A DNA stretch of 64,000 bases from contig JACRCW010000092.1 in the NCBI GenBank assembly GCA_016218805.1, positions 62,001 to 126,000 of the forward strand. The letters run 5' to 3'. The stretch comes from Deltaproteobacteria bacterium. Its GTDB lineage: Bacteria > Myxococcota > JACRCW01. Below are positions 57,601 to 64,000 of this stretch, one piece after another; within the stretch, counting starts at the first letter, position 1; the number at the start of each line of letters is the position of its first letter. The position numbers and the translations under genes are program-made. Under the pieces are notes generated by a model. That model was given only the letters and a program-made list of their open reading frames with translations. It was not told the origin of the DNA and ran no database searches.

Positions 57601-59353
57601 CATGCCGATGGACGTCAGCCAGTTTGTGGACCGGTTGTCCGCCAAGGGTGAGCGTAAGAGCGGCAATACCGGCAGCGCGCCGGACATACTGAAGCTGGAC
57701 CGGGCCACGTTCTCCGTCCGTGACGCGTCCTTTGCGCCTGGGCCCATGGCGGTGCCCGGCGGTTTTGTGGACGTGGCCCCGGGCAACCGGATGTCCGTCT
57801 CCGGCACGCCCCAGGCCGCCACGCTGCGCGGGAACGTGAACCTCCGCGCCGTGGACGTGGTGCAGGACGGCGTAGCGCTCAAGACCGGCCCGGGCAGCGC
57901 GGAACTGGCGGTGCAGTGGAACGGTGATGCCTCCGGCAACGGCCGCGTGACGACCGAGTTGCGCAACATGTCGCTCCAGACGCAATACGCCGTCGAGAAG
58001 CGTGCGAACGGCGACTACCTCCACCTGGCGGAGGGCCGCGTGGAGGGCGGTTCACTCAGGCTGGTTGCAGACGTGAAGCGCGGCGCATCCGGCGCACCGG
58101 CGCTCACCGCGGGCGAGACCGTGCTGGACCTGCCCCGGTTTGACGGCACGCTGGCCGGCGGGCGCGTGACGGTGAAGGACGCGGACGGCACCGCGCAGGT
58201 TGAGCTGGGTCGCACGCGCGTGTCCGGCTCCGTGCACGCGGACCGCGCGGAGATTCGCATCACCGGTGAGGTGCAGGAGATGGACGCCGCGGTGCGCGAC
58301 TTTGCAGCCGCCGGGGGCCGCAGCAGCGCGCGGGTGGACTACGCGCGGGTGCAGGGCTCGGGGCGGGTCGATTTCTCGACGAAGACCGGCGTCAGCATCG
58401 ACGCGGACGTGCACCACGTGCAGCTGCGGGCGCCCGACCTGAAGGCCGGCACGGGCACCGGTACTATCGACGCGGGGACGACGGTCGTTGCTGGCAGCGG
58501 AAAGGTGTCCTTCCGGTCCAACGGGGATCTCTCCGTGAAGGGCGACCTGCGAATGCAGACGACGCTGGACGCCGCACGACTGGCGGCCGGCACCGCGGGC
58601 AACCAGGTGGATGCGAAGGTTGACGCGGGGTCCACCGTCACCGCCCGGGTCAACTCGCTCACGCTGAGCCGCGCGGACGGGCTGCGGATAGCCGGCGAGG
58701 CGGGTGTGGACCTGACGGTGGCAGACTTTGCCACGGACGCCGGGGGCGCGCGTGTGACCGGCCGCGCGCGGGTCCGCGGCGGTGGCGCGTTCACCGTTGA
58801 CCCCGCGCGGGGACTGGACCTCCCCAAGGCGGTGCGCGTGGACGTTGACGTCACGGACGCCAAGTTGGGCATACCCGGCAGCGGGCTGTTCCTTGACGTG
58901 GCCAAGGGAACCCGCCTGACGCTGCAGCCCTCCGAGGCGGACCTGGGTCCTGACGGCACCCTGCGCCGCGTGGACCTGGGCAAGGGAAGCCGCATGACGG
59001 GCACGTTGGACGGGGGCGAATTCCGTCTCCCCGGCACCGACGGTCCCATCGTCCTGGGCGCGGGGACCGGGTTCGACTTCGTGGCCGACGAAGCCGTCCT
59101 GGAGAACGGGGCCCGCGTGGTGCAGGGGCACCTGACGCTCCAGGCGGAGGTGGACGCGTCCTCGGTGGACCTTGCAGCTCTTACGCGGCGCGGCGCCGTG
59201 ACCATCGCCAAGGTGGAGGGAGCGCGGGCCCACCTCAACGTCAACGTGGGAACCGTCCGCCTGGGGGCGGACGGATCGGTAGAACTGCGTGACACGTCCG
59301 CGGAGCTGGACGCAAAACTGGCCGATATCAGCGGCGAGTATTGGAAGAAGTGA
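54644..59353 (+). CDS. Large beta-rich hypothetical protein with two homologous halves
   Basis: GGAGG then ATG; low-complexity N-terminus followed by two ~700-aa beta-strand-rich repeats. Confidence 0.8.
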   Translation: MVKVSRGESTRTRTPGEIPATPVTPSAPEPQHAPVTTEPRDAMDRRAAASTARTVGAVAPRTPSAAMPDGPRLSAGTLAARAGSVAGHAASRRAAAAPRADHAPTGPGAPEQLLSHAVASVRSLSPGRLGSVDPLQVLDSVKDAHVAVQVPLKAGEYKLQGHTVRVPANTTMTVQMEVHDGRLVPARGGRGQPEGSGTRVDINPPLDLPAWATARGAYVEDKGKGQGQVKADIGGWFDQNIGKKTDLQLGNVVRSFADGSAARPPSAKEKTPFPAQMFDFDSMRFTAGEVTLKDRALDLGSMKVDLADGNRLTIDGTGRSATAHGLVKLDSVGVNQDGFSLKSGPTTASVEATYARQPDGTLTVSGRVSGLDATLEGLESTRARAPGDTDPDRVSLGASTLRNGQLSAEVRVGQRGGRTMAEATSLRASGEVTGTVNELKLGVKDGRDDARLSVTGGRLQGSFAVGPDGTRVDATVRGTRLEVADLQSEGRQTALDLHHARVQGDARVKVDTAARSVEVEASGRQLDVRVDDLRYRGQMFDADLARTELTGDGTLKVSNSGVAIRGDLRIKGGLDDFRGQRADGDVGIDVARGSTLDAHLTELRAGADGFALDAKGTVDVGLEKYRAAIPGVTAEGDARLSGTGALSIRNDRVSFTSEDARLRMNVDDAKVAPGGDAFSLDVAQGSSLDLRVNAFTASRDAAATQLQLRKGSVLDATLDGGHVQAGGTRMDLQPGSRARFEIDRMEQKPGAAPAVQGRLSVDVTATGQVATGRELAPGVRLDAMDGAAGTARLTVDDVTLREDGTFSLKGVAVGVHARAGSIRGVAAPLAAPGTPMAAPAAPVEVQGPRLAPEVSPTGTLSAGTVQASSAGTIAGADTRVARAAQLQPLEMAKRIQDGTLHLEIPVEGRVGGSVLGVDFLPGTTLTLDAKVVNGRVIPDQTKATLSKPGDATAWVGVRGAYFDKNNTLRADLSGFPDLSLSDKLKNMPMDVSQFVDRLSAKGERKSGNTGSAPDILKLDRATFSVRDASFAPGPMAVPGGFVDVAPGNRMSVSGTPQAATLRGNVNLRAVDVVQDGVALKTGPGSAELAVQWNGDASGNGRVTTELRNMSLQTQYAVEKRANGDYLHLAEGRVEGGSLRLVADVKRGASGAPALTAGETVLDLPRFDGTLAGGRVTVKDADGTAQVELGRTRVSGSVHADRAEIRITGEVQEMDAAVRDFAAAGGRSSARVDYARVQGSGRVDFSTKTGVSIDADVHHVQLRAPDLKAGTGTGTIDAGTTVVAGSGKVSFRSNGDLSVKGDLRMQTTLDAARLAAGTAGNQVDAKVDAGSTVTARVNSLTLSRADGLRIAGEAGVDLTVADFATDAGGARVTGRARVRGGGAFTVDPARGLDLPKAVRVDVDVTDAKLGIPGSGLFLDVAKGTRLTLQPSEADLGPDGTLRRVDLGKGSRMTGTLDGGEFRLPGTDGPIVLGAGTGFDFVADEAVLENGARVVQGHLTLQAEVDASSVDLAALTRRGAVTIAKVEGARAHLNVNVGTVRLGADGSVELRDTSAELDAKLADISGEYWKK

Positions 59354-59358
59354 GCGGC

Positions 59359-60522
59359 TCAGCGCGTGTTGAACACGTAGTCCGGATACAGCACGTCCAC
59401 GGTGGCAACGGTTTCCTTGCCTCCGCCCGGCGCATCCACGCGCACGGTGATGCCGTCCGTGTGGTTCTTTTCAATCTCCGTGGGGTGCGTGGACTTCTCC
59501 ACGCGCACGCCGGACTGGTAGCCCACCGGGATGACGGCGCGGACGCTGGCCGGCTCCGTCTTGAAGTTCTTCACTTCGATCCGGTAGCGCCGGAAGCGGT
59601 CCGCGCGGATGACGTACGTGTCCGGTTCCTGCGCGCTGGCACGCACGCGCACCACGTTGCGGTCCTCGTCCTTGTCCAGGAACCACTTGACCCGCAGGTC
59701 CGGCGCCCCGCCGCCGCGGACCTCCGCCTTTTCACCGTGCGCCACCGTCGGCAACAGGTCTTCACCCAGGAACGCCTGGCTGCCCTGCCTGTCCAGTTGG
59801 AACAGGCGGATCTTCCCCGGCAGCAGCGCGCTCTTGTCCGGCGTCAGCGCCGTGTCATTCACCAGCACGTAGAACAGTTCCGGCGTCAGCGGCTGCGGCG
59901 CGCCGCCCACGTACGGCATGGGTGACAGCGGCACGCGGTAGATGCGCTGGCTGGGGATGGGGGACGGTGTCATGGCGTTGACCTTGCGCCCCTCCGGCAT
60001 TCCCAGCGGGCCGCGGTAGGACAGACCGCTTCCCAGCGCCACATCCACGTCGTCAAACCGCTCACCGCTGCGGTTGAACGCCGTGGCCTCCTTGTGGATG
60101 CGCCAGGCGCCGCCCTGCCCGTCCAGCACGCCCTGGTAGCTGGTCTCGCGCGTGATGTTCCCCAGCAGGTAGCTCACGCGGAAGGTGGTCACCGCGTCCT
60201 TCTCCGCAAACACCTCCGCCTCCACCGCGCCGGAGTCGCCCGGCGGGAACGTGAACCCAATGACGCGCACGTCGTCACCGCCGCCCAGCACGGTCAGCAT
60301 CAGCGACCCCGGATCAATCACCACGTTCTTCCAGCTGAACAGCACCGTGTTGGTGCCTTTGGTGAGGCCCACCGTCCGCGTCTCGTTGACCAGGTGGCCG
60401 CGCTCACCCAGTTGCAGGTTCGCCTTGTCCCGCCTGGGCGTGGGCGTCATGGCCGTGCGCGCCTGCAGCAGTCCGGCTCCGGCCAGCATCAGCAGCGTAG
60501 AAACAACAAAGAAGCGCCGCAT
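59359..60522 (-). CDS. Exported DUF4139-like protein
   Basis: Signal peptide; LVNETRTVGLTKG.N...F.W..IDPGS; paralogous to the neighbouring gene. Confidence 0.75.
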   Translation of the reverse strand: MRRFFVVSTLLMLAGAGLLQARTAMTPTPRRDKANLQLGERGHLVNETRTVGLTKGTNTVLFSWKNVVIDPGSLMLTVLGGGDDVRVIGFTFPPGDSGAVEAEVFAEKDAVTTFRVSYLLGNITRETSYQGVLDGQGGAWRIHKEATAFNRSGERFDDVDVALGSGLSYRGPLGMPEGRKVNAMTPSPIPSQRIYRVPLSPMPYVGGAPQPLTPELFYVLVNDTALTPDKSALLPGKIRLFQLDRQGSQAFLGEDLLPTVAHGEKAEVRGGGAPDLRVKWFLDKDEDRNVVRVRASAQEPDTYVIRADRFRRYRIEVKNFKTEPASVRAVIPVGYQSGVRVEKSTHPTEIEKNHTDGITVRVDAPGGGKETVATVDVLYPDYVFNTR

Positions 60523-60525
60523 GGG

Positions 60526-61866
60526 TCACCGCCCCTTCTTTTCGGCCAGCGTGCCGCGTTTCACGGAGATGGCGTACCGGAGCACTTTCCGGCCAAAGCC
60601 GTCCAGGTCTTCGCGGACCACCAGTGTCGTCGTGTTCTCCGCCTTGGCGGACTTGAGCGTGACGGTCGCGGGGGCCTCGTGGCTCTGGCGCACTTCAAAT
60701 GTTGCGGGTTCGGCCGCGCCGTTCACCAACGTCAGCTCCCACTCCGTGATGTCCTCCCAGCCCAGCGTGCGGCCCAGTGCATCCTTGTCCACCACCTTGC
60801 GCGCGAAGCTCTTGACGTACGCCTCGCACGTCACGCCCGGCGTGGAACCCACCGGAGCTTCCGCCTCCTCGCCCATGGGCGTGTACGGGAGTTGCCCATT
60901 GCCATCAAACGCATTGCCGTCACGCGTCGCGCGGAACAGCAGCAGGCGCCCCTCCGGGAGCGGCTGCGTACCCATGCGGTTCTCCCGGGTGTTCTTGAAT
61001 GAGAGCACGCGTTGTGCGGGGACCCGGCCGCTGGGATTCACGCAGCGGTACACGTCCTTCACCGCCACGTCGCGGTAGCTGAACGCGCGCATGCGCCGCG
61101 CGCCCGCGTTGGGAACGCTCTCGGTTCCCTCAATGCTGTACAGGTGCAGTTCACTGAGGCTCTCGCGTTCCACCGCCTTGGGCCGGCTGGCGCGCATGGC
61201 CCCGCCGGACGCCTTGGACAGCGACGCGGGCGCGGCGGCGGGCATGGCCTCGTCCTCCGCGAACTCACGCATCATCTCCTGGGCCGGTGCCTGCGGCGCG
61301 TACCCGCGCGCCTCCTGCTTGAAGCGCTGTGCAATCTCCGCAATGCGCTCCACCAGGCGGACCTCACCCACCACCAGCCGGAACCTCGCATCCCGGTATT
61401 CCTCCCCGCTGCTGTTGGTCACGGTGATCCACGTCTCCACGGATGCGCGCCCGCCGCCGGTGAGGGTGACGAGGTGGTCCCCGGCCCAGGTGAGGCCGCT
61501 GGTGAAATACTGCACGGACATGGGCCCCCCCACCTGCTCAGCGGCCTGCAACTCCCACACAAGGCTCTCGCCGTGGTCCAGCGGATAGGTGGTATTGAGG
61601 ACCTTCACGCCCGGCGGCGGGAACGCCAGCAGCGACGTCGGGTCAATCAGCGTGCCCGACCATTCGAAGCGCATGGGATTCACGCCCTTCTTGAGGACCA
61701 CCGCGCGGCGGTCCTTCACCAGCGTGAGGTCCGCGCTGTTGTAGATGGTGACACTGACGTCCTGGCGTTCGGCGACGGTGGCAAAGCCGACAAACGCGAG
61801 CACGGGAGCAGACGCCGCGGTCACCCCGACGAGGACTGCGGTCAAAACGCGTGCAGGTGTGCGCAT
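60526..61866 (-). CDS. Exported DUF4139 family protein
   Basis: VTIYNSADLTLVKDRR, IDPTS, YFTSGLTW, ITVTNSSG, PLPEG. Confidence 0.85.
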   Translation of the reverse strand: MRTPARVLTAVLVGVTAASAPVLAFVGFATVAERQDVSVTIYNSADLTLVKDRRAVVLKKGVNPMRFEWSGTLIDPTSLLAFPPPGVKVLNTTYPLDHGESLVWELQAAEQVGGPMSVQYFTSGLTWAGDHLVTLTGGGRASVETWITVTNSSGEEYRDARFRLVVGEVRLVERIAEIAQRFKQEARGYAPQAPAQEMMREFAEDEAMPAAAPASLSKASGGAMRASRPKAVERESLSELHLYSIEGTESVPNAGARRMRAFSYRDVAVKDVYRCVNPSGRVPAQRVLSFKNTRENRMGTQPLPEGRLLLFRATRDGNAFDGNGQLPYTPMGEEAEAPVGSTPGVTCEAYVKSFARKVVDKDALGRTLGWEDITEWELTLVNGAAEPATFEVRQSHEAPATVTLKSAKAENTTTLVVREDLDGFGRKVLRYAISVKRGTLAEKKGR

Positions 61867-61935
61867 GGCGCGCACCGTAATCCCTGGGGACGGGGCGTGA
61901 ACAGCACTGCGGCGGACACCGCCGTGCAACGCTCC

Positions 61936-63669
61936 TCAGCTGAGCACGCGGTCCATGTTGAAGTGCGATGCGCCATCCGGCCCGCGCTCCCACTCGGCCA
62001 GCGGGTCGGGTGATGCAATCAGGTCCACCACGACGTGCGCCGTGCCGGGAGGAAGGCGCAGACCGCGCACATCAAACGGCTGCACGGGCCGCCACTCCCA
62101 GACGGCGCCAACGCGGCGCGCGCGCATCCGCGCCGCGCGGCGGTCCTCCACTTCGGCCGCCGCCACCTCTTCCGGCAGCTCCACCCGCGTGGTCATCAGC
62201 GCGGGCCGCCCGAACGCCACCACCGAGCACGGCGTGGTGATGCGTCCCACCAGCGCCTCCAGTTTCAGCGCATCCGCCTCCACGGACGCAGTGACCTCCT
62301 GGAATCCGCGCGCCGCCAGTTCCCGCGCGGCGAGCGCATTGAGGACCGCCAGACCCGGCCCTGCCATCATCCGCGCGCCTGCGCGCCGGGAGAGAAACCA
62401 ACCGCCCCAGCTGTTGGCCTCCACCGTCACCCCGTGCAGCACCGCCGCGGCGACGAGAGCCGCGAGCTGCGGGAGTTCCTCCTCAAAGGACACGCCCGGC
62501 AGCGCAACCACCAGCGGCACGCCGGGAACGCGCGCCTTGAGTTGTGCCAGCGCGTTCCCATCGAGTCCCTCGACGATGGCCCCCGCGGCTGGAGTGACCC
62601 GCGCGAGGAACGCGGGCGCCTGTTCCGCGGTGAGCCGCACGCGATCCGGCCGCGGCCCACTCCCGGACTGCGCGGGCGCATCCACCGCGCGCAGCAGTTC
62701 CGCCACGTCGTCACGCACGGTGACTTGCGGGAAATGCGGTGTTTCTGCGGCTTCCTTGGAAGGGCCTGCGGCACCGGGAGTGCCCCGTTCCACCAGGTCA
62801 TGGCGCTGTCCATCCAGGTAGCCGGAAGTCAGGCGCCGCCCGGGGGGTGCGCCACGCCGCTCCGCATCCCGTGCCAGCTCATCCGGCGCGTCAGCACCGT
62901 CAATGGCGCGGCGCAGCAGCGCGACCGATGCGCGAACCCACGACGGGTTCTTCATCCGTCCTTCGATCTTCACCGCGCGCACGCCCGCGTGGCGCAGTTC
63001 ATCCATCCGCGCGACCAGGGAAAGGTCATGCATGGAGAACGGCGTCCCGCCCGGCTCCCCGTCCAGCGTCCAGTCCACGCGACACGGGCTGGTGCACTGC
63101 CCGCGGTTGCCACTGCGGCCGCCCACCCAGCTGGAGAGCAGGCAGCGCCCGGACACGGAGAAGCACATGGCGCCGTGCGCGAACACCTCCGTCTCCACAC
63201 CCTCCACGCGCGACGCCGCGACGATCTCTGCCAGGGTCAGCTCGCGCGCGAGCACGACGCGCCGCACGCCAAGGTCGCGTGCCGCTTCCACGTCCGCGCT
63301 GCTGGTCACGCACGCCTGCGTGCTGAGGTGGTACTCCAGTTCGGGAAAGTGCCGCCGCAGCGCAAGCAGCGCGGGATCGCGCACAATGACGACGTCAACT
63401 CCGAGGCGGCTCGCCACCTCCAGCGACCGCGCCGCGCGTGACAGCTCGTCCTGTGCGAGATCAATGTTGAGCGCCAGGTGCACGCGCCGGCCGCGCGCAT
63501 GGGCGGCGACGCACGCGTCCGCGAGTTCCCCCTCCGAGAAGTTGCGCGCATACCGCCGCGCATTGAGCGTGGTCAGCCCGAGGTAGACCGCGTCCGCGCC
63601 CGCCTCCAGCGCCGCATCCAGGCACGCGCGGTTGCCTGCAGGCGCAAGAAGCTCCAGGGGCGATGACAT
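61936..63669 (-). CDS. U32-family protein (RlhA/TrhP-like Fe-S RNA hydroxylation factor)
   Basis: ELLAPAG, GADAVY, HLSTQ, LAREL, HGAMC..SGRC...SGNRGQCTSPCR, KIEGRMK. Confidence 0.9.
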   Translation of the reverse strand: MSSPLELLAPAGNRACLDAALEAGADAVYLGLTTLNARRYARNFSEGELADACVAAHARGRRVHLALNIDLAQDELSRAARSLEVASRLGVDVVIVRDPALLALRRHFPELEYHLSTQACVTSSADVEAARDLGVRRVVLARELTLAEIVAASRVEGVETEVFAHGAMCFSVSGRCLLSSWVGGRSGNRGQCTSPCRVDWTLDGEPGGTPFSMHDLSLVARMDELRHAGVRAVKIEGRMKNPSWVRASVALLRRAIDGADAPDELARDAERRGAPPGRRLTSGYLDGQRHDLVERGTPGAAGPSKEAAETPHFPQVTVRDDVAELLRAVDAPAQSGSGPRPDRVRLTAEQAPAFLARVTPAAGAIVEGLDGNALAQLKARVPGVPLVVALPGVSFEEELPQLAALVAAAVLHGVTVEANSWGGWFLSRRAGARMMAGPGLAVLNALAARELAARGFQEVTASVEADALKLEALVGRITTPCSVVAFGRPALMTTRVELPEEVAAAEVEDRRAARMRARRVGAVWEWRPVQPFDVRGLRLPPGTAHVVVDLIASPDPLAEWERGPDGASHFNMDRVLS

Positions 63670-64000
63670 GGGACCCAAAGCTAGGCGCAGGGCGCGTCAG
63701 CGTCGAGGCGAGCGGGCGTTGACGGGGGGGTGTGCGGTGCGGACGCGGTCAGGAACGCGCAAGAACACCGCGAATCCCATGGGCTGCACGGTTGAGATCC
63801 GGCAGCGGTGCAGCGCCGCCGCCGCCGCCACATCCATGCATGCGCGCGCGACCGCGGCAACAGCGCGGCCGGCGCAGCCGCCGCATCACAATCCCCTGAC
63901 AGTGCGCGGTCGGCGAGGGTGGTTGCCGCGGGCCTTGGCGCAGAGCTTCATGGTGCACTCACGCGTCCGGATGTTCCCCGCCCGCGGGCAGTTCCGCCAG

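Noticed and set aside
63749..63958. 69-aa ORF at the window end
   Set aside because: No recognisable motif and atypical composition; probably intergenic after a gene ending near 63959
1..64000. tRNA, rRNA, integrase or prophage genes
   Set aside because: None recognised; intergenic spaces are short and show no cloverleaf or T-loop signatures by eye

Overview
Very GC-rich bacterial chromosomal window. Its gene content (giant TPR protein, ECF/ZAS-TPR anti-sigma pair, PAS hybrid kinase, MoxR-DUF58-transglutaminase operon, RtcB with archease) resembles Myxococcota; this taxonomy is inference. Most of the window is core-like: SEC-C protein, 4227-aa TPR protein, maf-yggS-proC-archease-rtcB, rnd, TolB-like protein, GDPD, two acyltransferases, DUF885, nitrilase, ruvB, prmC, SRAP, UvrD/Rep, plsC, two DUF4139 genes and a U32-family gene. 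An accessory island at about 13.95-19.65 kb holds a REP-associated tyrosine transposase (RAYT) with six REP copies, a membrane-protein gene bracketed by those REPs, and an all-helical DUF6261-like gene followed directly by a ~42-bp-period array of two alternating 14-bp palindromes with ~7-nt spacers. That gene-plus-array pair is the best candidate for an undescribed system. Other notable items are an acidic tandem HU/IHF-fold protein without DNA-binding arms, a 161-bp hairpin insertion that duplicates the proC start, a 1569-aa internally duplicated beta-rich protein, and strong TCGA depletion in core DNA but not accessory DNA. All family calls come from motifs recognised by eye; no database searches were run.
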